Shown here one piece after another: positions 12,453 to 22,502 of a stretch of 64,000 bases of DNA. The position numbers and the translations under genes are program-made. The notes beneath the pieces were generated by a model, which did not search any database, was not told the origin of the DNA, and saw only the letters and a list, made by a program, of their open reading frames with translations. The DNA comes from Mustelus asterias (taxonomy: Eukaryota), in NCBI RefSeq assembly GCF_964213995.1, contig NC_135808.1, positions 32,736,001 through 32,800,000 of the forward strand, in the 5' to 3' direction. Numbering within the stretch: the first letter of the stretch is position 1; every line of letters starts with the position of its first letter.

Positions 12453-13788
12453 TGACCTCTCTCCATCCTCATTCCCATCCTTCAGAAAGACCACTCCAGC
12501 CCCCCCAACCTGGGTAATGGAGACTCCCGCACATTATCACTCATCACCCCCAAACAGACATGGCAAATCAATATCACTCTGCTTTCTTTGTTGGTTTGGG
12601 GAGCCTTGTTTGGTAGTTTGGGAATAATTTCATCCCCTCACTGTGTGGGGTGTGGATAAGAGATGTTTACAAACACTGAGTCAGTCTGTCTCCAATGGCA
12701 ACTGAATTTTACCCCCACTTATCATCATTGAGCCCTGATCAACAATATCCTCACTCCTTAACCCATTAAATCTTCAATTAAAATGTAAATGATAAAATTA
12801 CAAGAATTCTACAATGTCAGATTGTGTTCAATGATTCAATTTCTTTCCACATTGCTCTGTGGACCATGGGACAGAGCTGTTGGCTCTCCCAGTCTCTGTG
12901 ACCTCCTTCCGCCCCAACACACTCCCTTTATCAGCTTCTCCACACTTCTCATTACTGAGAAGCTGGTGAGCCTTCACCTCCAGCTCACTGGGAAATGTGT
13001 TGAAGTTTGATTCACTAAAGTTAGGACACGGCTTCCTCTCCTCTGTCTGTCGCACTGACATCTTCTTTTGTGTTAACAAGTCAATCAATGCTGATGGAAA
13101 ACAGTGAATGATGACATTTGGTCTGAACTCAGCCAGTTCACATTGGATTGAACCTCAACAACTGCCCATTCCAATCGTCACAAGCTGCTGAGTGATTGAA
13201 TTCAACCTTTCCTGTGAAATCAGTGAAGAAGAATTCAGGCAAGTCAAACACTGACAATTATCTATTGATTACAGTCCACAGTTATCAATTTATTTTCACT
13301 ATGATCCTGATGATAGACTTTCCTCCATGAATGTGTTATAACATTAAAATAAACAAAAATACATTGCAGAACACGTCAAATATGACATTACATAAAGAGT
13401 AAAATGGGCCAGTGTCAATCAAAATAATTCTGACATTCTGTGGAGTCTCACTACACTCAGAGTTACAATTTAGATTGGCAATATTAATATCTCAGCAATA
13501 TTCACATGGAGAGATTTGACATGTTTTCCAGCCACTCCCTGGATCTATGATGGGAGGGTCTTAGTCAGAGGTCTTTCCCCATGGAGTGTCTCCAGTAGCT
13601 GCCCCAAGCTGTGTTGTGTCCCTCACCACTATTCCTGGATCTTGCAATGTGGCAGTCTGAAAAAACCCTTTGCCCTGGAAGAGTTGAGAGTTTCAGGCTG
13701 ATTTTCACTGAGTTGATGGTCCTCCAGCAGGAGACGGTGTTTATCTCAGTATGTGCTCCTGGGAACAGCCTGTACAGCGCAGAGTCCC

Positions 13789-13858
13789 TGTATAAAGGAG
13801 CTGCCGGGATGAACACTCTGTGACTGTGTGGGAATTCAGCAGATCAACTTTCACTTTC
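13789..13858. promoter_or_regulatory. Candidate interferon-responsive promoter elements
   Basis: IRF-E/ISRE actttcactttc (GAAAGTGAAAGT) at 13847-13858; kappaB-like gggaattca at 13830-13838; tataaa at 13791-13796. Confidence 0.4.
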
Positions 13859-14541
13859 CTTCATCTCACACAACATATAAAGTGAAGTGGAAAACTGCCC
13901 AGCACCAGAAAGGTGTTTCCAACATCCTGATTGTCTTCTCCATTACCGGACGTATCACAGAGTCTTTTATACTGAGTCCAAAAAGTCTTGATCAAAATCC
14001 ACGAACATTTAAAGATATTTAAAACTCTGAGCAATCAGAAAGTGAGAAAAGTGCACAAAATGTGAATGTATTTCATTCCCAACAATCTGTCCCTCAGTCA
14101 CTGACTGGGAGCTGTTGTGTACGTCCCACTTGGTGAATCAGCAGAAGTAAAATAAATGTCAGTTAGAATGGGGAATAATCCATTCTCAGAGAGTGAGAAC
14201 ACAACAAGTGTGAGGGAATGGAGATTGTGTCAGAAATACTCATTCTCACACTCCCCTCCATCCTTACACTTTATGGAGATCCTGTAGATCACCATTCCAT
14301 CCATACTCAGTAGGTGAGGATGTGAGTGTGTGCGGTGGCTTCAATGATCAATATTACACCTGGTCTGGGCTGATCACACAAAGGAAGATCAGACAGGGAA
14401 CAAGAAGTGTTTATACGTGTGTATCTGTGTGTGGGAATTAAATCAGTTCATTCAACACAGTGTCCTGTACTCCCAGTACTGGAGATTCCCCACACTCACT
14501 CTGTCCCCTCAGTTCTATATTCCCCTCTCTCTGATTCTTAC

Positions 14542-14652
14542 CTCTCTGTTGGCTTTTCCAGATGATTATTCCGAATATAACAGCCAGTGCTGGGATTACT
14601 GATCCAATTATAATTCCAAGATGGGAGAGTACCCCACTGTTTCCCGGGATTT
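14542..14652 (-). CDS. MHC class I-like gene A, connecting peptide/TM exon
   Basis: Acceptor tttcag|, donor |gtaaga, 111 bp phase 1-1; EIPGNSGVLSHLGIIIGSVIPALAVIFGIIIWKSQQR. Confidence 0.85.
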
Positions 14653-15000
14653 CTGAAACACATTTGCATAACATGAGGATTCTCTCTGTTCCTGGATCCA
14701 TTCCCGGTTCTGTGTTCATTGGGGACAATTTGAACAGAAGCCGCCCCAGTCCAAATGGGATTGGTTGAAGCTTTGCTTTGACACTGGCCCCATGGTGGAT
14801 AAGGGAGTGTCGATGGACCTGCTCCAGATGGACTTCCAGAAGGTCATTGATCACGTTCCACACAAGAGATTCTTGACAATAATCAGAGTGTTTGGAATTG
14901 AAGGGAATCTTTGCCATGGGGTGAAAATTGATTCTCAGCGGGGAGACAGGGAATGGGGAGAATGGGAATGTGCTCGCAGATATCCAGTACAGTTCCTTAC

Positions 15001-15279
15001 CCGACTGATGGAGCTTGGGCTCTGCCAGGCTGCTGTGTTCAATTCGACAGGAGTATTGATCCTCATCCCCAGCATTTATTTCAATCTCTTTCTGGATCTG
15101 ATGGGTTCCATCGTGGTTCGGTCGAACCCCCGAGGATAGTGTCTCAGACATTACCTCTCTATTCCTTAGCCAGTTCACCTCGATGTCTGCAGGATAAAAG
15201 CCAGTAACCAGGCAGGAGAGAGTGAGCGACTTGTACTGACTATTGGGTTCACTTCTGGAGATGAAGACTTCAGGCTGAA
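15001..15279 (-). CDS. MHC class I-like gene A, alpha3 (C1-set Ig) exon
   Basis: 279 bp, AG/GT flanked; LSCLVTGFYPADIEVNW...VRPNHDGTHQI...YSCRIEHSSL. Confidence 0.95.
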
Positions 15280-15395
15280 CTGTCATGGGAAAGGGTGAAA
15301 ACACAAACAATAAACCCACACTGAATGGAATGGGAGAACGGTTTGATAATCAGTGAAGTTAGATCAGAACATGGGCTTAAAACTGAAATCAATAC

Positions 15396-15671
15396 CTTTC
15401 CGTCCAAAATATTCTTCTCCAGCTTCCAAATATTTATTTAAATGTTGAACAAATGCTTCCTGCAGATATTTTTCCCAGTAATTATTCCAGGATTGATCAG
15501 AATCCCATTTCTCTTTAGTCTTCACTGCGAAGTGATTGGACGCGACCCATCTCATTCTGTCTGGCTCTAAACTAATATAGTCCTTTCCATCAAATCCAAA
15601 CCGCATCCGTCTCTTAATGGAGCCGTCTTCAGTGACCTCGACAGACCGAATCCATTGAAGAACGTGAATTC
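15396..15671 (-). CDS. MHC class I-like gene A, alpha2 exon
   Basis: 276 bp, AG/GT flanked; GIHVLQW...FGFDGKDYISL...KTKEKWD...YLQEAFVQHLNKYLEAG; contains no cysteine. Confidence 0.93.
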
Positions 15672-15812
15672 CTGTGAGAACCAAACAGGGATCAATAATC
15701 AATAGACAATCTTTTCAGTGGTGAAAGGGGATTTAGTCTGAGATAGAAATGGACGGAATCTTCCTGTGCCATCAGTAGCAGGAAGCTGAGCGGTGAGGTT
15801 ACAAAATTAGAT

Positions 15813-16854
15813 AGGGTCAGTGCTGGGGGACTGAGTTCAGTGTCTCAGGGGTCAGTGCTGGGGGACTAAGTTCAGTGTCCCAGGGGTCAGTGCTGGGGGA
15901 CTGAGTTCAGTGTACCAGGGGTGAGTGCTGAGGGACTGAGTTCAGTGTCCCAGGGGTGAGTGCTGGGGGATGGAGTTCAGTGTCCCAGGGGTCAGTGCTG
16001 AGGGACTGAGTTCAGTGTACCAGGGGTGAGTGCTGGGAGATACTGACATTTATTTATTAGTCACAAGTAAGGCTTACATTAACACTGCAATGAAGTTACT
16101 GTGAAATCCCCCTGGACGCCATATGGAGCCTGTTTGGGTACACTGAGGGAGAATTTAGCATGGCCAATGCACCTAACCAGCATATCTTTCAGATTGTGGG
16201 AGGAAACCGAAGCACCCGAGGAAACCCACGCAGACATGGGGAGAACGTGCAAATTCCACACAGACAGTGGAGCCAAGCCGGGAATCGAACCCAGGTCCCT
16301 GGCACTGTGAGGCAGCAGTGCTAACCACTGTGCCACCGTGCTGCCCCTGGACTGAGATGGACTGAGTTCAGCGTCCCAGGGGTCAGTGCTGGGGGACTGA
16401 GTTCAGTGTCCCGGGGTCAGTGCTGGGGGACTGAGTTCAGTGTCCCAGGGGTTAGTGCTGGGGGACTGAGTTCAGTGTCCCCGGGGTCAGTGCTGGGAGA
16501 TGGATTGAGTTCAGTGTCCCAGGGTCAGTGCTGGGGGATTGAGTTCAGTGTCCCAGGGGTCAGTGCTGGGAGATGGTTTGAGTTCAGTGTCCCAGGGGTC
16601 AGTGCTGGGAGATGGATTGAGTTCAGTGTCCCAGGGGTCAGTGCTGGGAGATGGATTGAGTTCAGTGTCCCAGGGGTCAGTGCTGGGAGACTGAGTTCAG
16701 TGTCCCAGGGGTCAGTGCTGGGGGATTGAGTTCAGTGTCCCAGGGGTCAGTGCTGGGAGATGGATTGAGTTCAGTGTCCCAGGGGTCAGTGCTGGGAGAT
16801 GGATTGAGTTCAGTGTCCCAGGGGTCAGTGCTGGGAGATGGATTGAGTTCAGTG
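15813..16854. repeat. Intronic minisatellite (about 34-38 bp unit), split by a SINE
   Basis: Tandem gagttcagtgtcccaggggtcagtgctggg(ggact/agatggatt), about 20 copies. Confidence 0.95.
16049..16346 (-). mobile_element. HE1-like V-SINE (tRNA-derived)
   Basis: Head ggcacagtggttagcactgctgcctcacag...gggttcgattcccgg and V-domain gggtttcctcgggtgc. Confidence 0.88.
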
Positions 16855-16898
16855 TAAGGTTGTACATTGACACACTGTTTCTCTCTGCCTGATCTTAC

Positions 16899-17157
16899 CG
16901 GATGTCTGGTTTGTGATCTTCAGCACTGTATTCAGATTCTCCTTCACCATGTCTGAGTGTGAGTTCACCAGTTCTGAGATATAGTCCCAGAATTCAGAGT
17001 CGATATTTTCAGCCATGAACCTCTGTCTGGGAATGCAGCGACGGATATTACTGTCACTATGTCCTGTTTGGACACCATTGGTCATTGCAGTGCTTGTAAC
17101 CGCAGGAAAATCTTCCATCCCAGAGACAACAGTGTACATCACCGTGTGTGTTAGTGT
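16899..17157 (-). CDS. MHC class I-like gene A, alpha1 exon (259 bp, apparently frameshifted near its 5' end)
   Basis: Acceptor tttttacag|, donor |gtaaga; MYTVVSGMEDFP...IPRQRFM...EFWD...TNQTS with the conserved N86 glycosylation site; length is not a multiple of 3. Confidence 0.85.
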
Positions 17158-17229
17158 CTGTAAAAAGAAACAGTTAAAGGGATTGGTCAATAAACACCGG
17201 TCTGATCGTCAGAACGATCTCGCTGGACT

Positions 17230-18880
17230 TCACCATCCCCCCTCCCCAATCACCACCCCCTCCCCAATCACCACCCCCTCCCCAATCACCACCCCCTCCC
17301 CAATCACCACCCCCTCCCCAATCACCATCCCCTCCCCAATCACCACACCCTCCCCAATCACCACCCCCTCCCCAATCACCACCCCCTCCCCAATCACCAC
17401 CCCCTCCCCATTCACCACCCCCTCCCCAATCATCACCCCCTCCCCAATCACCACCCCCTCCCCAATCACCACCCCCTCCCCAATCACCACCCCCTTCCCC
17501 AATCACCATCCCCCTCCCCATTCACCACCCCCTCCCCATTCACCACCCCCCCAATCACCACCCCTACAGAGCCCCCCCAAACATCATCCCCTCCTCTCGA
17601 TCGCCACCATCCCCCCTCCCCAGTCACCACCCCATCCCCGATCACCACCATCCCCTCTCTCCAGTCACCACCCCCTCCCCCGATCAACACCTCCTCCCCA
17701 ATCACCACCCCTACAGAGCCCCCCCAAACACCGCCCCCTCCCCCGATCACCACCCCACCCCCCGATTACCATCCCCTCCCCCGATCACCACCCCATCCCC
17801 CGATCACCACCCCATCTCCCAGATCACCATCCCCTCCCCCGATTACCACCCCATCTCCCAGATCACCACCCCCTCCCCCGATTACCATCCCCTCCCCCGA
17901 TCACCACCCCATCTCCCAGATCACCACCCCCTCCCCCGATCACCACCCCATCCCCCGATCACCACCCCATCTCCCAGATCACCACCCCCTCCCCCGATTA
18001 CCATCCGCTCCCCCGATCACCACCCCCTCTCCCGATCACCAACCCCTCTCCCGATCACCACCCCCTCCCCCGATCACCACCCCCTCCCCCGATCACCACC
18101 CCCTCCCCCAATCACCGTCCCCTGCCCCATCACCCCTTCTCGATCACCACCCCCTCCTCGCAATAACCATCCCCTCCTCCCCCCCATCACCACCTCCTCT
18201 CCCCAATCACCATCCCCTCTCCCCAGTCACCACCCCCTCTCCGCCCCTTTCCCCGATCACCACCCCCTCTCTCCCCGATCACCACCTCCTCTCTCCCCGA
18301 TCACCACCCCCTCTCTCCCCAATCACCACCCCCTCTCTCCCCGATCACCACCCTCTCTCTCCCCGATCACCACCCCCTCTCTCCCACCACCCCCTCTCTC
18401 CCCAATCACCACCCCCTCTCCCCCGATCACCACCCCCTCTCTCCCCAATCACCACTCCCTCCACGATCACCACCTCCTCTCCCCAATCACCATCCCCTCT
18501 CCCGAGTCACCACCCCCTCTCTCCCCGATCACCACCCCCTCTCTCACCGATCACCACCCCCTCTCCCCAGTCACCATCCCCTCTCCCCGATCACCACGCC
18601 CTCTCTCCCCGATCACCACCCCCTCTCTCCCTAGTCACCACCCCCTCTCCCCCAATCACCACCCCCTCTCCCCCGATCACCACCCCCTCTCCCCCGATCA
18701 CCACCCCCTCTCTCCCGGATCACCACCCCCTCTCCCCTGATCACCACCTCCTCTCCCCAGTCACCATCCCCTTTCCCCAATCACCACCCCCTCATCCCAA
18801 TCACCACCAGAGCCCCCCGAACACCACCCTCTCCTCAATCAGTCACCACCCCTACAGAGCCACCCCCCGAACACCACCCC
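17230..18880. repeat. C-rich minisatellite (about 18-22 bp unit)
   Basis: Tandem ccctccccaatcaccacc and variants. Confidence 0.95.
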
Positions 18881-18899
18881 GAATGGGGCAATGGTCCAG

Positions 18900-20217
18900 G
18901 GCTTGGGACAGTAATATGGTCTGGGAAGCTGTGTAAACGGCCGTCAGTGTCCGCGTACTGGCACAGAGGACCGGTGACAAGTGCCGGAAGAAGATAAACG
19001 ATCTTCTTCAGGCAGGAAGGGTCAGTGTCCATCCCATCCTGACATCGGTCCCGTCTGTCACGCCTACAATGCCGAGCCACCCGCCTGACACTCTGCAGCC
19101 TCCCAGCACCCGGCCTCCAACCCCATTCCTCCAACCCCTCTGGCACCCCCAGTCACAACCCCAGACTGCCGAGGCACAGCCCCAATAAACCCCACCCAAT
19201 CGCCCCCACCCCCTACACCCTGTGTCCTTACAACCATCAGGTTTTCAATCCCTCCTTTATCCCCACAGGATAAAGTGGCCCATAACCACCGGGAGCATGC
19301 CAAGACTGGAGGTGGGGTCCCCGAGCTGCATCTCCTCACTACCTTTGAGGAGCGCTATGGAGCTAGCAGGGGGTGAGGAGAGAATGGTCACTGACAGCCA
19401 GGTCGGTGTTCACCATGGAAGTGAGAATTTCCAAAACCCTCGTTCAAATGACTCATTCCAGGTAAGTAGCATGCTGCCCAGAAACCTGTCCCTTTCTACT
19501 TGTATTCCAGTGGAATACAAGGAAAGTAGAAAGAAACTTAAGCAAGGAGTAAGGAGGGCTAAAAGGGGTCATGAAAAAGCACTGGCCGGCAGGATTAAGG
19601 AAAATCCCATGGTTACGGACAATCTGCACATTCAGGGAGTGGAACCCCTTCCTATTGATGAAGCGCAGTCCCTGATCATGCAGTGTCCGCTGGACAATGT
19701 GAGTGCCACCTACAGCCCTCTGCACATGGGGCAGTCCAGTGATGGTGGCGAAGCCTGCAGTCCGGGCTTCCTATTGGGCCTGGCCCATGTTGAAGTGGAT
19801 GTAATTGGCTGGACGCCTGGAAGGACCTGGTGGTGTAGAAGTTGAGGGCACCGTGACCTTCACTGCCAACGGGAATGGGTGTCCTCCTGTCCCTCGAGTT
19901 GCCAGGTCTGAGGATCTGAAACAGGTGCCGCACTGTCTCCTTACTTAGACGGAGCCTGCGGCAACATGTGGCTTCCATCATCCCTGTGAAGGATCTGCAA
20001 GTCCTGTACGCCCTGAGCCTCCACCTTCCCCTGCCCCCCCCCCTCCCCTGTGGGAGGATGCGCTGCCATGTCCTGGCCCTGACCGGCAGCCCCCTGCCCT
20101 CCTGCTGTGGCTTCTGGCTCTGTTTGGCCTTGAGTGGCCGGACATCTCCCTCCTCCTCCCTCCTCAGTGGCCGCTGCAATGATGGCCATTTCTATCACTG
20201 CCAATCCAAAATCCATA
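18900..20217. mobile_element. PIF/Harbinger remnant: Myb/SANT gene (+) convergent with transposase (-); small CR1 piece at about 19490-19607
   Basis: Plus strand VWEAV*TAVS...RTGDKCRKKINDL, intron, DKVAHNHREHAKTGGGVP; minus strand FINRKGFHSLNVQIV and CRRLRLSKETVRHL. Confidence 0.8.
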
Positions 20218-20975
20218 TGTAAGGGACTGAGGAAAATTTGTGGGGAAGACATTTACCAGTGTTCTTTGTCCCTTGTGGGTTTCAGTATCCTGTTTGCCGG
20301 GTGGGTGCTGTGAACAGGATGCTGTTGGTTGAGTGATGTGGGCTGGGCCAATGGGATTGCTCTGGGGGCGGGAGGAAAAAAAGGCACCAGGAAGTGAAGC
20401 AGCTGCAGAGCTGAAGAGGGAGAGAGCTGAAGAGGGAGAGAGCTGAAGAGGGAGTGTGCAGAGAGAGAGAGCTTTTTCCGGGCAGTGAGAATTCGGTTTG
20501 GAGTGAGAGGCAGCCAGGCGTTCCCCTGCCTGTTCTTTTCATTACTGCCGAGGAGGACAGCATTCAGCGCACTCGACCTACTTTGCTGCATGGATAGCTC
20601 GCGGCACCTCTGCCTCCTGCGGCATCATCTTCCATACGTGTGTCTCTTCTGGACTGTGTGTGTGTGTCGTGAGTACCTGGTGGGGACTATACAATCCAAC
20701 TGGAACAGTATCTACAAATGTGTTACTGAGGATGAGTTTCCCCATGTGTGCACCAACGGATGGGCCCCAACGGTTATAGATCAGAGCTCACTGTTTTATG
20801 TCTGTTAATGATATTTGTTATTAAATTTATTTTTGATATTCCGATTACACTACCGACATTTATGGGTAAACAGGGAATTAGCCAAATCAACATCAACCAC
20901 TCGGAATTCGGGATCCTGTTGATTGAATATTTAAATAGTAGCCCCATATAGTGGTCAGCAGGGGGTTACATTTTT

Positions 20976-20993
20976 TGGAGGCACCGCTGAGAT
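20976..20993 (+). promoter_or_regulatory. Primer binding site, tRNA-Thr(AGU)
   Basis: tggaggcaccgctgagat matches 17/18 the complement of the vertebrate tRNA-Thr(AGU) 3' end as recalled (TGGAGGCACCGCTGGGAT). Confidence 0.75.
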
Positions 20994-21107
20994 CATTCCT
21001 GTTTACCAGACAGGTCAAATAAAAAAATTTTCCCCGTCAGTCAGTAACAGTTAATCCAGTAATTACAACAGGAAAAGGTTTACAGTGTTAGTAGCTCACT
21101 TAAGACG

Positions 21108-22502
21108 ATGGATTTTTCTCAGGCTGCTGACTGGAGCCGCCAAAAGAATATCAGTCTTTCTCGTGGCATATTTCTGAGCAATGTGCCAATAGATACGAGT
21201 GAGGAGACCATTGCTAGGGTCTTAAACACAGTGAAAGTCTTTGGTCGCACCAAGATTTGTGGTCGCCGTGGGGATTCTACCGGCACACAGTTGTTCATAC
21301 TAGTGGAGACTAGCATTGATTTAACCCCTGACACTGTACCTCCAGATGTAGGTATTGAAGGAGAAGCTGGGCCATGGGCTGTACATGCGCTAGAAAGCTT
21401 GGACACACAGGATGCTGTTCCTGAAGAGGATGCTTTCCATCCAAAGCTGTTGTTACGACTACAACAGGAAGGCAAGTCAATGGAGGATTTTCAGGCCATA
21501 GTATCAGAAAATCAAGCTCCCAAAGTGGATGTGAACATGGATTTAGTGACTGCTATTGGCAAACTGGTGGACAAGTGCAACCAAGTGTCTACCGATGGGC
21601 CTAGCTACAGAAAGCTGAGACTGTTTTCAGGACTGAAACCTGTACCCCCAGGTGAGGAAGAATACGATGCCTGGATGGAGCAGGCTACCCAGATGATCAA
21701 TGAGTGGCAATGCACTGACGCCACCAAGAGACAGCGTATAGTGGAGAGTTTAAAAGGGCCTGCTGCTGACATCGTTCGATTTTTGAAAGTTAGCACTCCC
21801 ACTGCTACGGCCACCAATTATTTATCTGCTCTGGACACAGCTTATGGCACCACAGAGAGTGGAGCCGACATCTTGGCCAAGTTCAGACACACATACCAGG
21901 ATGAAGGAGAAAAACTCTCTGCTTTTCTATATCGCCTTGACAAACTTCTCCATCGTGCTCTTCTTAAGGGAGGAATTACGGCTGCAGACATGAATCGAGC
22001 TCGGATGGAACAGCTAGTCAAGGGTGCACTCACTCGAGACATGGTTGCTCTGTGTGTAAGGATGAGCCACACTATGGACAAACCCCCTTCCTTCTTCCAG
22101 CTGATGCGGGAGGTAAGAGAGGAAGAAAATTGGATTAGCGCCAGAGAAGGGGTGAAAGCTACTGCCACCGCAGCCACCGCCAGTGTACCGCAGTCCTCAG
22201 TTACGTCTGAATTGAACAGCCTGCGAAATGAGGTAAGGGAACTGACTTCTCAGGTGGCCAGACTGTTGAGCGCCGTTCCAGTTACCCCTACATCTGAAAG
22301 TATGACAGCAAGGACTGGGTACATACAGCAAGCGCCAGAAGCTGCTATTCGGGACGCGTTGCCCCGAGTGAAAATGTCCAAACCACTGCCAGCAGGAATC
22401 TTTTGCTACAGGTGTGGGCAAGATGGGCATACAAGGAGAGAGTGCAAAGAACTCAAGGATCTGAGGAAAGTGAATCAGAAGCTGATCAAAGCAAGCAGAT
22501 AG
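21108..22502 (+). CDS. gag: Gypsy Gag, PNMA/MOAP1-like, 464 aa, open
   Basis: YRKLRLFSG...PGEEEYDAWMEQA...KRQRIVESLKGPAADIV; YQDEGEKLSAFLYRL; CCHC knuckle CYRCGQDGHTRREC. Confidence 0.9.
   Translation: MDFSQAADWSRQKNISLSRGIFLSNVPIDTSEETIARVLNTVKVFGRTKICGRRGDSTGTQLFILVETSIDLTPDTVPPDVGIEGEAGPWAVHALESLDTQDAVPEEDAFHPKLLLRLQQEGKSMEDFQAIVSENQAPKVDVNMDLVTAIGKLVDKCNQVSTDGPSYRKLRLFSGLKPVPPGEEEYDAWMEQATQMINEWQCTDATKRQRIVESLKGPAADIVRFLKVSTPTATATNYLSALDTAYGTTESGADILAKFRHTYQDEGEKLSAFLYRLDKLLHRALLKGGITAADMNRARMEQLVKGALTRDMVALCVRMSHTMDKPPSFFQLMREVREEENWISAREGVKATATAATASVPQSSVTSELNSLRNEVRELTSQVARLLSAVPVTPTSESMTARTGYIQQAPEAAIRDALPRVKMSKPLPAGIFCYRCGQDGHTRRECKELKDLRKVNQKLIKASR

Noticed and set aside
14095-14372. 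Cytoplasmic-tail exons of MHC gene A
   Set aside because: Two plausible acceptors (about 14381 and 14131) give different short tails; they cannot be chosen between without transcripts.
14438-15319. 293-aa ORF as a single-exon gene
   Set aside because: It is alpha3 exon, intron and TM exon, with canonical internal splice sites.
15813-16854. Regular ~35-bp repeats resembling a CRISPR array
   Set aside because: Head-to-tail units with no unique spacers, no cas genes, and located in a vertebrate intron: a minisatellite.
17015-18166. 383-aa Pro/Thr-rich mucin-like ORF and the antisense Gly-rich ORFs
   Set aside because: Translation of a C-rich minisatellite that lacks stop codons.
21108-22502. 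Domesticated PNMA/MOAP1 gene
   Set aside because: It sits inside a complete LTR element with PBS, pol and PPT.
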